Assembly: GCF_009914755.1 (NCBI RefSeq)
Contig: NC_060926.1
Reading direction: 5' to 3' (one strand)
Source: the human T2T-CHM13v2.0 reference genome, Homo sapiens
Length of the DNA: 64,000 nucleotides
The notes beneath the pieces were generated by a model. The model was not told where the DNA came from. It saw nothing but the letters and a program-made list of their open reading frames with translations, and did no database searches. Shown piece by piece: positions 1 through 13,943 of the stretch. The translations under genes were made by a program, and so were the position numbers. Within the stretch, counting starts at the first letter, position 1; every line of letters begins with the position of its first letter.

Positions 1-170
1 TAGGCTACTTTATCGCTCAGGACTCAGTTTTCTGATATAGAAAGCAGGGTTGATAACAATCCTGACCTGAGGACACTACTGCGACTATTATAAGGATAAC
101 ACACATTCACTGATTAAAGACGGTGACCACACCATGAGTGGTCAACAAGTTGTACCTGCTTTGTGTTGTA
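1..170 (+). mobile_element. MIR SINE fragment
   Basis: Degenerate MIR core ctcagttttctgatatagaaagcagggttgataacaatcctgacct; boundaries approximate. Confidence 0.5.
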
Positions 171-1370
171 ATGTTAGTTAGGCATTTAATCCAGTAGCTG
201 ATCAATAATGGTTTTCACTAACCAGGCTACACTGGTCAACATTTGAGAATATTCCCAAAAAGAAGAAGAAAAGAAATCATCGGAACCTATTATGAGTTCT
301 AACCTGATCTCTTCCTCAAGTTCTGTTTTTATATTCATATGCAAGGAAGCATTTGATGTACAACAAAGTAAAGCAACTTTGAGAGATTTTTGGAAGAGGA
401 GTTTCCAGAAGTATCTGTTAGAAGAATTTCCACTGGGTTTTGGCCACTTTGGCAGAATTAGTACAGGTTCAGTGCAGACAGTGAGTGGCCTGAGTGATAA
501 CAGGCATGATTCATTCTGACGCTCACACTTCTCTGTGGGTGGGTCCCCACCCTCTGCCTTTACCTCCTTGTGTTTCTGCACCTACCCCTGGCCTTGCCAC
601 CTTGCCACTGGCCTGCTCCTTTCAGTATGCAATGATGTGAGTGTTTTCTAGGGACAAATACCCCAATTTTTAAAAATCTGGATTGCCCCATTTCCACAAA
701 GTTGACTTTTATTCTTTCTTCCAAAGATATCCCAGCCCAAACTTCATGGAACCACTTTCTCCCTTGGGCTGTGTGTGGCCTGCAAGGGTGTTATGTGCAT
801 CAGACTTGCTTGGCTTAGCAGGGGACGCAGCAAGACTTCAGGGCTTGGTTTAAATTGCTTTTTTATATCTTAGTTGTAATCAGCCTGGAGTCTACTTTGT
901 ATTTTTGCCCTTTCTTTTCATTTTGAGATCCCTACTCTGTTAATCTATTAATACTTGCGTTTTGAGTCATTGACTTTAGATTCGCTGCTTTTCATGGTCT
1001 GTGACTTAGTGTCTGTTAGATTCAAAAGAAGTGTCCAGCACATATGATTTGCCAAGCACTGTAAGAGGTGCAGGATTAACCGATGACTAGGACATATTTC
1101 CCTGCATCAAGCTTACGGCCTAGAAGGGCCTAGAAGGGCATCGAGCTTGCAAACCAGTAAATAGTGTCTACAATCAAAGAGCATTCAAAGGACTGAATTG
1201 GCATAGATTGGGGAGCAGGGGTCAGGGAAAAAGCAGGAGGGAGTCAAGAAAGAAGAGGGCATTCTCCAGGGAGACTGGTGAGGGTGGGGTTAGTGGAGAG
1301 GTTGTGCAGAATGCAGAATTCACATACTCTCATTCTTCTTTTCATTTAATAAAGAAGGATTTAATTAGGC

Positions 1371-1676
1371 TTTTTTTTTTTTTTTTTTTTTTTGAGATGA
1401 AGCCTCACTTTTGTCTCCCAGGCTGGAGTGCAATGACATGCTCTTGGCTCACTTCAACCTCCACCTCCCGAGTTCAAGTGATTCTCCTGCCTTGGCCACC
1501 TGAGTAGCTAGGATTACAGGAGCCTGCCACCATGCCCGGCTAATTTTTGTATTTTTAGTAGAGATGGGGTTTCACCATGTTGGCCAGGCTGGTCTTGAAC
1601 TCCTGACCTCAGGCGATCCCCTTGCCTCGGCCTCCCAAAGTGCTGGGATTACAGGCATGAGCCACCATGCCTGGCC
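1371..1676 (-). mobile_element. AluS element, full length
   Basis: Poly-T, then antisense Alu body ending gccaccatgcctggcc; TSD TAATTAGGCTT at 1362-1372 and 1677-1687. Confidence 0.95.
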
Positions 1677-1889
1677 TAATTAGGCTTATGTTGGATTAGA
1701 TGACCCTAATTCTATCTGATTGAGTGCATTCAGAAGATAAGAGAAAGAGATTCCTGGTTGCAGACCTCAGGTCTTAGCTTCTGCTCTTCTGCTTTCTTCC
1801 CTCAGTTGCCCCAAGAGCTTCTATTAATTACATTCATGTTATATAGGCTTTGAGCTGGTCACCCCATTCATTCACCCATTTTTTCTGCT

Positions 1890-2510
1890 TACTGGTGAGG
1901 TTGAATGGATTTTTGTATGCTTATTGGAAACTTGTGTTTCCTCTTCTGTAAAACGATTATTCATGATTTTTTTGACATTTGTTGTTGTTGTTGTCGTTGT
2001 TAAGCTGTTTGCCTTTTTCTTACTGATTTGCAGAAACTCTGTCCTGAAAACCTGTGGTTGATTATATGTGTTGCAAATATTTTCTCCCAGATTGTGCCTA
2101 GTCTTTTCAATTTTTTATAGTGTATTTTGATGAACCCACATTCTTGATTTCAACATAGTCAAAGTTAATCTTTTCTTTATGAGTTTTATTTTTATATGGT
2201 GTTTTAAAACAAAAGTATTTCCTATCTTAAAGTCAAAGATATTCCCTCATATTGTCTTCTAAAGTTTTAAATTTTACCCTACATATTTAAGTTATTAAGC
2301 CACCTAGAATTGATTTTATGTACGCTGTGAAGTAGAATTCCAATTTAGGTGGTTTGTATGGTTAAATAGTTGTTGCAGTGAGATTTGTTGAATAGTCTGT
2401 TCTTTCCTTGTTGAGCTGCACTGTCAGTTGTGTTTATATTAAGTGGTGTTCATATATATGTGGATCTATTTCTGGGTTCTGTGATCCTTTCCACTGGATA
2501 ATTTCTCTAT
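1890..2510 (-). mobile_element. Old L1 (L1ME-like) fragment
   Basis: T-rich antisense L1 3' region motifs (gttgcaaatattttctcccag, tctatttctgggttct); approximate ends. Confidence 0.65.
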
Positions 2511-2664
2511 CTCAGCCCTGCTGACAGAGTAGCATATTCGATGAAACTCTTGAGTCCAAATAGTGGGAGAAGGAGCTCAAAATAATTCCTTTGGTTCACA
2601 GAGACTCTTCCTTATAGGGGTGGTTTAATGGTGGTATATAGGGGTAGACTTGAAAAAAAGGATT

Positions 2665-2850
2665 AAAATCTCAGCTGTGGCACATATATATGTGACTTTT
2701 GGCACATTTTTCAATTTTTCTGAGCCTCAGACTCTTCATCTGTTTACTAGGAATAGTAGTTTAAACCCGAGAAGCTGCTTTGAGGATTAGGTTAAATTTT
2801 GTATTGTAAAGGACGTGAAAGTGCCTGGCAGTATAATGGGCCTGGGAGGT
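2665..2850 (+). mobile_element. MIR SINE
   Basis: tctgagcctcagactcttcatctgt...gaggattaggttaa...aaagtgcctggca core. Confidence 0.65.
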
Positions 2851-3956
2851 GGTGTTTTGCAGCTCTCCTAAACTAAGGCTACATGGACATTTTCTAACAG
2901 CTTCAGACCAAAGTGAGTCAGGTCTTGGAATTGCCCTACAAGAAAATGAGACATAAGCCCCCAAATGAATTATTTGTTTCAGATCACCGAACTGTCTTCC
3001 CAAACCTCCTGTCTTAGTTCCAAACTCATTTTAGAGGGCATGGGGCTGTGAAGTTTCTCTGCTAAAAATGATTGAGGATAACTGGGAAAAGGAAACTTGC
3101 TATGTATTACTGAATTAGGAATAGCAGATGAGGGAAAAACTCATGCAGGGAAAGTCATTGTCAAATGCTTGAACTCTAGGTTCTGAAGTCCAACTTAAAG
3201 AAAGGCTCTTTTACTACTTATTGGCAATATAATAATTTAAAAAGCACTTTATAATTCATAAAGTCCTGCTATGTAATTTAGTCCATTTTATTCTTTTTAC
3301 ACCGTGAGATGGTCTGAGATTTGAAGTTGGCTCTGAGAGTCTGAGACATGCTCAAGTTTACAGAGCAAGGAGGTGAGGTTGGCAGGTCTCAGACTTAGGC
3401 TGGGCAACTCAAACTCTCTAGTTACACACAAATGGTGACTCTACCTTTATGTACTGAGATAATTTCAAACATATTTTCCACCATTCTCATATGTATTCTT
3501 GTAGGTCAGCTCACACTCTTCATAAAACATTAATTATCACTAGCTGGGCCAAGATTTCTAGTAGAACTGGGGTTGGGCATTCTTCCAGGCAACCACCAAA
3601 CTCAACTCCCAAAAATGCAAGCAGTTTTTAAAGTATTGTTTGTACACAAATGGAAATGCTTTCTAATGCACTTCCCCTCATGTATTTGTTATGGAGTTCC
3701 ATCTAGGGCCAAGATTGTCCAGCATATATTGGTCTTGAGACAATGGAGAGGCTAGTAGATACCTGTTTACATGCCAGCGTGGCACCAGGAGTTCCAGACC
3801 AGGTTTTACCAACCTCAAAAATGTGGCCAGCGTCTTTGGGCACTTGGTCCTACCCTGGCAACACCTTGAGAGCAGCATCCTGGGAGCTAAAGGAGTTTGA
3901 CAGTTGCCTGAAAGAACTCCAAGTTTCTGGGTTTCCTTGCCTGTTCCAGGCCATCC

Positions 3957-3958
<2 letters not shown>

Positions 3959-4014
<56 letters not shown>
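3959..4014. repeat. (CA)28 microsatellite
   Basis: Uninterrupted CA dinucleotide run of 56 bp. Confidence 0.98.
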
Positions 4015-4016
<2 letters not shown>

Positions 4017-5371
4017 GCTTCCCCTTCACCAGTCTTAGGTACTCAACCCAAGAGCACCAACGACTTCCTTACCATCTCTAAGTTTTGATGCCTTCAGCTT
4101 CTTTTTCCAGTATCTCTCATTATTGAATTGAAATGCTTTTTAATTGAAATGTTTCTTCCCACTTCCCTAGCAGATAGAAAATTTCTCTGATGTCACTCAA
4201 GGCTCAGACCATGGCCTTCTGCTTCTCTACCTTGTTCCCCACACTCAAGGAGTCATACGTCTCTCCTTATAGATGACCTCTGAATCTCATCACTTAGACC
4301 TGATCACTGATGAGAACATCAGACTGTGTCTCCAGGTATCTATGCATATCTCCCTGTGTTCTCTTAAGCTCTCCTCTCCTCATTAACTATGACTCTTCTA
4401 ATTTTTATTTATCCATCAACATTGCTATGATTTCATTGATGATCAAGACTCATTCTTGACTTCTGTCTTCTCCTTCATTCTCTATGTCTTATTCAGTAAC
4501 CAAATCAATTTATTCTCCCTTTCATAACATTTTTTCCTATCATTATTGCCAGAACCCTAGTTTAGGCCTTCACACCGTGTTTCATTAGCCTCCTAACCTG
4601 ATTTCTCATGGACAGTTTCAATGCCATGTTGACTCATCATGCCCCTTCTCCACACCAGATTTTACAAAGGCTTCCTTTGCCAACCCTTATGGGAGAGCTT
4701 TACAGCCCTTTTAGTAAAAGGACTTGTCTTCAGCCAAACACATTCACTAACATTAAGGTTTCTTAATTTTTGTAGCTACTCTCACCACCATGCTTATACA
4801 TGTGTGAAATTCTGGGCTCAGCAGTCCCCAGAAACCTTCTCAGATCACCCCCTTCCACCGAGTCCTCTTTCTTTCCTATGGGTCTCTGTGCAGGCACATC
4901 AATCTTTGGTAACATCCTGCCCGGCATGACCATCATCCTGATTCATGTACATCTTATACCTTGTACCCTGTGTCTGGCCGCACAAAACTCCTGCTCCTGC
5001 TCTGAGTCACCTACTGTTTCTCTGATACACTGTGGCATTCATTAAATTCAGTGGGATTAATGGTTGGAGTATTGTTTCTCAGGACACAGGAGTAGGTTGG
5101 GGTTGGCTTCCTTTAAATTAGTGCAGACTTAGGCTATCTTCCTTGATGCTCTTGATGTTGACAGACCAACTCTCTATTTCTCATTGACCCCTTTTCTAAG
5201 CAATGTGCTCAATTTTCCCAGCTCTCCTTAGTTCCTAATTTCTCTCAACAGTTCACTTCTCTTGGTTCCCTTTTGGGACATGGTCTTGATTCACATCTTA
5301 CTGAGCTCTCTGGGACACAGTGTAATAGGCTGTAGTCATAGACTCAGAAAAAGGGACAAGAAATCAGAAAA

Positions 5372-5703
<332 letters not shown>

Positions 5704-6744
5704 TCATAGCACTGGGGAAGTCACTTACCTTCTTTGACTCTCCATTGTCTTCCATGGTAAACTACAAATAGTAGTATTTCCCCTCTCAGGACTGGTGTGT
5801 GATCCCATGAGATAATGAACATGGAAAACCTTTGCACAACATGAAGCAGTATGTGAGAGGTGTTATCAGCCCTCCTTCTCTGCACCTTCAGATATTGCTG
5901 TCTCTACCCACAAAGTGCTTCCTTTACCTTTCATCTCACCTGCTGTCTCCATCTGACTCTGGCTGCAGCAACTTCAGTCTTTCCCTCTTCGTGCATTCTT
6001 TCCTCTCTATTGACAATCCTTTCCCTGCCTTATGCACCATCCTCACTTTCCTAGCATGTAAACAACCTCTTACTTGATCCTTCTGTCTGTTCCACCTCCC
6101 ACCAGCCACTGTCCTTTTCCCTTTCCTTTTGTAACCAGAGAGGACAACACGTAGTCCCTCCTGCTGGCTCATTACCTACTATTTCCATAGCTCCTGCATT
6201 TCTTCCCAATGACTCTCCCTAAGCCAGCAGATCTGTTTAAGTTCTCAGTTCTTATCCTCCTTAAACTCATTGTTTCGTCTTCTTTTCTGATTCAGTATCA
6301 CCCCATCCTTTTACAGTGGGCTTTTCTCCAGGCCTAGTCTTCTTGCCATCTGCTCTACCCCCACACAGGGAACCATAATGCACTACATTCTCTTATTTTA
6401 CTCCATTCAGATTGAATCATACTGGGAGTACTGTGTTTACTTCTAGCTTTCACCTTCAGTGAGAATTATGACCAACTCAGGGATATTCAATAAGGAGCAC
6501 CAAGATGGTAAGGGCACTAGAATGATCTCCTCTTATGGAACACTTGATAGAATGGATGTATTTAACATACAGAAGAGAAAATCCAGAGAAAATGTACACT
6601 TTGCTGTCTTAACACATTTGAAAAGATGCAAAAAAGTTTCTGTTTACTGATTTGAATTCCTACAGAAAATGGAATTAGACAGAAATTACAGACAGGTAGA
6701 TATGGAATCACTAGCAAGCAACACATGCCAGTCTTGTGAAGGCT

Positions 6745-6965
6745 CTGCCATCAGATGACATGGGTTCAAATCCCAGGTCGACCACTTCTGTATGACCTTG
6801 AGCAAGCTATATCATTTCTCTGTGCCTTCATTTTGTCATCTGCAAAACGAGGATAGATAATTATAGTGCCTATCTTATAGTGTTATTTTGAGGATTAAAT
6901 AAGACAGTGCATGTACAGCCTAGAAGAATGTCCGGCAGAAGGAGACTGCTCAATACATGTTAGCT
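6745..6965 (+). mobile_element. MIR SINE
   Basis: tgggttcaaatcccagg...tgaccttgagcaag...tctgtgccttcattttgtcatctgcaaaa...gaggattaaataaga. Confidence 0.75.
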
Positions 6966-6990
6966 GTCCTCTTCTCCTGCTCCTCTTTGT

Positions 6991-7044
<54 letters not shown>

Positions 7045-7056
7045 GTCATCATCATC
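6991..7056. repeat. (ATC)n trinucleotide repeat
   Basis: 18 pure ATC units, one GTC interruption, then 3 more ATC; lies at the MIR tail. Confidence 0.97.
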
Positions 7057-7808
7057 ACCTGCATTTAGAGCTGTCCAGTAATGGAGCCAACTCTTCACAA
7101 AGCAGTAGACTTCATGTTTCTAGAAGAATGCTCAACCCAAATGGTACTGGGGACATAGCAGAAGTGTCTTCTTTGGCGAGGTAGGTAGGACTGGATGCCA
7201 TCAAAGTTCCCTTTCTGTATTTTCTCTTCACCACCACTGTCCCTGAGCATCTCCCATTCTGGGTTCTCCGGGTCTATCAGTGGTGGTGCAATGCTCTCTG
7301 GCACTCAGGCCTAAATCATCCCTTTAGTTCCTTGGCTCCCTCTTACACGTTTCACCTGGCAGACAGAGAGGCTTCCTGAGGGCAGGCCCTTACAAAAGGA
7401 ATCCATGTCCATAAGCCTCCATTTCCACATGGAGTCTCATGCCTCCTCACATCACTAATGCCAGTATCTTTGTCCCTGCCCTCCTAATATTTGGCAATCC
7501 TGTGGAATCAATTTGGCATCTAGCTTAAACCAAGTTTCTAAATTTGTTTCCATGGTAGAATTCGGGACCTTGGATCCACCCACTTTCTCCCCAAGCTGGC
7601 TCCAGGTTTGTACAAGCATCTCTCACCAAGATCATCAAACTAAAGGCTCAGCCAAAACATGCATCTTTTTAGTCCTCAATCGCAGGGTCTGTGATTATTT
7701 CATTGCTGAGTCTCCTGCATCCATCTGATCATTTCTATTTCCTTTGTTCCCACCTTTACCTAGGCCATAATCTTCTCTGTTCTATTTCATAATTCATTAA
7801 AAAGCCTT

Positions 7809-8262
<454 letters not shown>

Positions 8263-8269
8263 CTATAGC

Positions 8270-8740
8270 TTTCTGGAAGTATAATTTTATGCAATAACAT
8301 TCATCTATTTTAAATATACTGTTTGGTGAGTGTGAGAATATGAACACAGCTGTGCAAATTTCACCACAATCAGGATTAGTTCATTTCTATTACTTCCCTG
8401 TGTCCCCGGGAACAAATAATGTTCCCACTGTTTCAACCCACTTCCTGCCATCTGTTGTCCCATACAGCCACTAGTCTGCTTTCTGTCACTACAGTTTTTC
8501 ATTTTCTAGAATTTCTTATAAATAGAATCTAACAGTATACAGTTTTTTATGTCTGGACTTTTTACTTAGCATGATGCCTTTGAGATTAATCTATGTTGTT
8601 GCATATGCCAGTAGTTCTTTCCTTTTTATCGCTGAGTAGTATTCAATTGCATTGATGTAGACATTTGAGTTATTTCCAGTTTTTGGCGATTATGAATAAG
8701 GCTCACATGAACATTCATGTACAAGTCTTTGTATGAACAA
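8270..8740 (-). mobile_element. Old L1 (L1MB/MC-like) 3' fragment
   Basis: Antisense L1M 3' UTR motifs (ttttacttagcatgatg, ttatttccagtttttggcgattatgaataag). Confidence 0.75.
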
Positions 8741-10388
8741 ACAGATGATGACTCCACTTATCCCACAAGCAATACAGGACATGCCCACTTTACATTTCTT
8801 CCCATTCAAGTCATTGTAATAAAGATTTATTATTCCTTGTGCTAGACATCGTGTAGGAATACAGACACAGTTAAGCCCCATGGATATTACAATATAGTGA
8901 GAGAAATAGACGCACACATGGGTCGTTCACATGCAAAGCAGATCACCAAGATAGAGGAACCAACAACAAGGGGACAGGGAGAGAGCACACTGACTGAGGG
9001 GACGGGGGAAATCAGGAAGGATTGCTTAGAGGAGGCAGAAGCAGTGTGAATAAAGACCTGGAGGAAAGAAGGCAGGACTTGTTTGAGGGCTGACAAATAC
9101 CCATGTTAAATTCTATCTCACTTGGCCAGCCATCCTTGTAAAGCCATTGTAAGTGCTTGTCCTCCTCAAAACTTCTGCAATGTACTCTTCATACTGCCAA
9201 TCAGCTTTCCTTGTCAGGAGAGGGAATTTTTCAGCCTACTTTGCAAATAAAGCTATATCCCAACACGGTCTGAGCCCAAGAGCCAATCATTTGATCCAAG
9301 GGGTGGATGGTGGTATCCTCAAATGTGGCCCGAGGAGAGGCTAGGATACTGGAGAACAGGTCTACACTAATTGGAAAGCCAGCCAAAGGGAGGAGCAGGT
9401 CCAGAGCAGGCAGGAGCAGTCCTCATCCTGGGCAGCTGGTGCACGTGTACACAGGTGTCTCTTCAAATTCATTGTCTATGGCAAAGAGATGTCAACTCCT
9501 CATGGATGAATGAATGAATGAACATATGTCACCAGTAGGCTCTCATATGTGTTCCAGTATATTATACATTCAATCTGGATCAATCAGATGTGCAGACACT
9601 TGAACAACCTACAGTTCTCACTTGCTGCTTTCTGGTTAAGTGCTCAGCAGTCCACATGCGGAGTTGAATGTCTAAGAAAATAATTTCTTTGCGTTCTGAT
9701 GCTGTAAAATATTGTTTGGATTAAAAGGGCAGGAACAAATTGATGGATCTGAAAGTTTTTTTTCTTTTGGCTTGGCGATGACAGGGCAATCCATCAGACA
9801 ACTTCCTTGGCTCCCTGTAACATTTCAAGCTCAAATGTTATAGCTTTCTTATTTTTTCTTTTCTCTTTTTTTTTTCACCCCCAGCTCTCTATTGAACTGT
9901 GCCTCCAGGAAATGCATGCTGTTGATATGAGTTCCATGACACTTGTCATACAGGAGGCACTCGGTAGAGGCTTGTGGAATAATGGCTGGGAGTACTCAGG
10001 TTAGCTTAGCAGGTTGTGCCAAAGATGAGGTAACTCCTTAACCCACCTATGATGCTGCCTCCATCTGTGCCCTAGAGCATGCAGCAAAGAGTTCTTTCAA
10101 AATAGAGCAGGCTCCAGACAATGTTCAATGATGCAGCTGCCCACAGAATGTGATTTCAGCATCTGGATTATATGCAGAGAGAAAACATGAGAAGTCAGAA
10201 TGCTTGGAATTTCACCTGGATCTGCCACCATGCATAATGTGAATTTGGAAATGCTACTTAACTTCTCCAAGACACAGCTTATGAATCTTTGAGCCAGAGA
10301 AAATAAGTAAGTGTAAGAATCAGATGAGGTAATGACTGTGGATATAGTATAAAAATACGGAAAGTAATTAGAAATGAAATACACCCTC

Positions 10389-10919
10389 TGTAGTAGTTAT
10401 CTGTTGATGTATAACAAACAACCCCAAACTTGGGTGAATTGAAACAACAATCATTTATTAATTATCTCATAGTATAATGGGTCAGAAATCTGGGAGTGGT
10501 GTAACTGGGAGTCTGCTCACAGGCTCTCAAGACGTTGGCTGGAACCACATCATCTGAAGGTTTGACTGGGGCTGGAGAATCATCTCCCAAGATGGGTCAC
10601 TCATGTGGCTGTTGGCAGGAAGTCTTAGTTCCTTGCTGACTGTTGTCAGGAGGCTGCAGTTACTCTCCATGGAAGCTTCTTCCTAAGACTGTTTGAGTGT
10701 CCTCACCACAGGGAAGCTGGCTTCCCACAGAGTGAGTGATCCAAGGCAGATGTCATTATGTGCTTTATGACACAGGTGCAGAAGTCAAACACTGTGATCA
10801 CCTCAATACCCTATTGGTTCTCCAGGTCACCCCTATTCAGTCTGGGAGGAGACTACACAAGGATATGATTTCCAGGAGATGGGGATCACTGTGAGCCATG
10901 CTGGAGGCTAACCTCCACA
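10389..10919 (-). mobile_element. MaLR solo LTR (MLT1F-like)
   Basis: TG...CA termini, typical MLT1 antisense start (tgtagtagttatctgttg...aaccccaaact), 4/5 TSD CCCTC/TCCTC. Confidence 0.8.
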
Positions 10920-13670
10920 TCCTCTCTCAGTTTAAATGGTTCCACTGGGAAATAAGCGATATAGTTGATTACCGCTGAGGTCCTCCCCTTTTAACCACAT
11001 CCCTGCTTGCTCCAATTAGCCCTCCCTCAAGCCCGCTATGTGTTGCTCTCCTTTCCCTTCTTGCTGAAAATTCCTGCTGTCATTGTCAGTCCCTTGTTTC
11101 ATACTAAAATTCAGTTTTAGTCTCTAACGGGTCTCTGTGGAAATGTCTGTGTGTAGCATCTGAAGGAAGTCTCTGGTGCTCTTGTCTTATGGTGCCAGCC
11201 TCATTGGTTTGTCATTCTTTTGCTGGTGCAGCCCATTGCAATTTGCATGGTGCCATCACATGCTCATGTGAGACGGGGTCCCTCCTTTGAGAGTCAATAA
11301 CGAGGTGACCAATGTTGGCAGTGAGTGAGCATGCTCTGGTCTCTGTCTTCCTCACATTTGTTATTTTCCAATGTGTGTTTCTGTCTGGGTTCTCACCTGA
11401 CTCTGGCAGCCCAGGTAGACAGAGCAGGCATTGCTCCCTCCATTTTGTGGGTTGAAAAACTAAGGCTCAGAAAGTCCTAACCGAGGCATTTTCTGGAATT
11501 GGGAACACAGGAAGGAAACATATTGGGTGGTTAAAACACGGAGTTTGGCTTTAAACCTCTTGCACTTGAGGTGTCTGTGGCGTATTCGTGAAGTTAATGT
11601 GCAGCCTTGAATACAGCTTATAGATGATTAACTGGGCATGGAACGAGATCTCATATCCTGATTATTTTGCTTTATCTGTACATTTCTCCACTCCTTCCAG
11701 CTGTTGTAGTGTGTTCTGTCTTCTTGATCCCAGACGTCCTGGCTTGGTTTTTCTCAAGGCCATCCTCCTTAGCCTCACCAACCTCATTGGCCTGGTTGCA
11801 CACAGCTTCGAGTGCCCACAGACCAACTGAAGGGGAGCTGCTGTCTGCTGGGGAGGGTTCTAGTGGAGGAGTCTGTGGGTCCCTGTGAAGAGAGTCTGGG
11901 AGAGGGTGCAACAGCATACGGGCTTCACCATCCATTAGCAAAAGCAGAGGCTTTTAAAACACAGTCCATCCATCCAAATGGACCTTCATGTCTATTTCCA
12001 TAAGGTCCTGAGGCCCAGGCCCACCTTTACCACTAGTTAGCTGAGAAGTACTAGGGCTGAAGGTACTGATCCGGTGCTTGCTGGAGCCTGCCACACTGTC
12101 CCCACCCTACCTGTGTCAGCTTAGTCTGCAACCCCAGTCAACTCTGTTTTCTTCCACCTTGAAAACTCTTTGAAAGAACACAAGAAGTGGGGGTCCCTGA
12201 GGGCCGGGCACCCCTCATGTTCAGGCCCACAGGCCATTTAGGCAGCTGCTTCTCCAACCTTATCTTCCTTCTGCCTCCATGGAAACCTGAGAAAGACGGA
12301 AAGGGGGAAGCGGCTGTGCTTTCCCAACACAAATAACCCCACAGAGCTTTCTCAGCAGTGACCCTTAGCCTGTTGTGTCAGCCTCAGGCTGAGGGAGGAA
12401 GGAAATAGACCTTCTATTGAGTATTTTTCTTCCCCTGTCAAGAAGATCAGAGGAACTAAGAGGGAAAGAAAAGGAGTCAAAAGCACCTTGTGGCCTCCTC
12501 CTGCAGGATTTGTGTTGCTCTTCCCCTCCCCTCTTGAACTCTAAGTAAACAAACTCCCCAGCCAAGGAAGGCCCCAGGCCCAACTCCAAGCAGGCCATAA
12601 ATAAGAGCCCTTCAGCCTTTCACTCTCTGGCAAGTCGGGAAGGCCCTTCTGAGTGGAACATTTGATAGCGGGGGAGTGCTGGGGGGAGAGTCCTTGTGTT
12701 AATTGAATCCCAATTTCCTTCTCCCAGGCCCACTCTTATCTTTTTAATTATACGAAGCCTTTAATCTTCCCAGGACCTGTCTCTGTCATTAATGCGTGAT
12801 CCTATTAGAGATAGGGGTTTGCTCAGGGGTAATGGGAGCCGCAAGCAGAGGCCTTTGGCAACTTTTTTGCTTTCTAAAGCACCCAGAGTTACCTGGGGCT
12901 GAGGCAGGGAGACATTTTGGGCTCCCCTCAGCTCTCAGATGGAGTTCCTTGGGCCATCTGTGTTTAAACCGTGTCTGAGATTAGACTCTTATGGTCAGTA
13001 TCTGTTGTGGCCCTGAAACTGCAGAGTAGCTCAGTCTAGCAGCTAAGGGGCAGATGAGTTCAGGCAACCTGCTTAGGAAAAAAATCAGACGAATTGTACT
13101 CGCAGGATGCTGGGTGCCCAGGTGGGATTCCAGAAGGAGTTGAGGCATTGTGCATTTCCTAAATGCTAGAGCATACCTTTGGTGCTGGTGAATAAAGCTT
13201 ATGTTCTCACGGGCTTTCCCTAACGCTGCAGAGATGCATTACCTCCAGGTGACAATGGCTTGGGACACTCCAGGGTTACCTTTCTCTTCAACCCCAGCTG
13301 CCTTGTCAAAGGCCTAATGAGCTGTAAACCAATACTTAGGAATGCAAAGGCCACACCCTACTTGAAGGGGTTTGGCTCATATTAAGTGTTCAATAAGTGT
13401 TTGCTAAATAACTTTTAAAACAAGAATTCCAAGAGCCATTCACTTTAGAATATGAATTCGCAGGTATTTATTGCGATTACTGCTTCTCATTTACGGCTCA
13501 ATTCTACTGGACTTTTTTTTTTCTGGGCTACAAGGTGGCCTGTAGGGTCCCTTCAGCAAGGTAGTCTGGTATTTCACACATCCCTAGGTGTACAGAAAGA
13601 TGGGTAAAGCTGAGTCCCTGCAAGGGGCCTCATGCTCAGTTAGGAAGATAAATTTTGTTAGTTTTCAATA

Positions 13671-13943
13671 CATAAATATATGTGTATATATGTATACATG
13701 TATATAAGTCAATATATAGATATATATAGTATACAACTGTATATACAATTACATATGCATGTATATGTGTGTGTGTATATTTGTGAATTGTCTTCAGAGA
13801 CTTCGGCTATGATTTCAACTATATATATATGTACACACATATATACTATACATATACACACATATATGTACATATATACATACATTTATATATACACACA
13901 CACAAATATGTATAGTTGAAATCGCAGCTGGCTTCTCTGAAGA
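13671..13943. repeat. Compound TA/TG/CA low-complexity tract containing a 33-bp inverted repeat
   Basis: Alternating purine-pyrimidine tract; arms 13791-13823 and 13911-13943 are reverse complements at 27/33 positions. Confidence 0.9.

Noticed and set aside
6895-7184. Poly-His and poly-Asp ORFs
   Set aside because: Translations of the (ATC)n repeat at a MIR tail.
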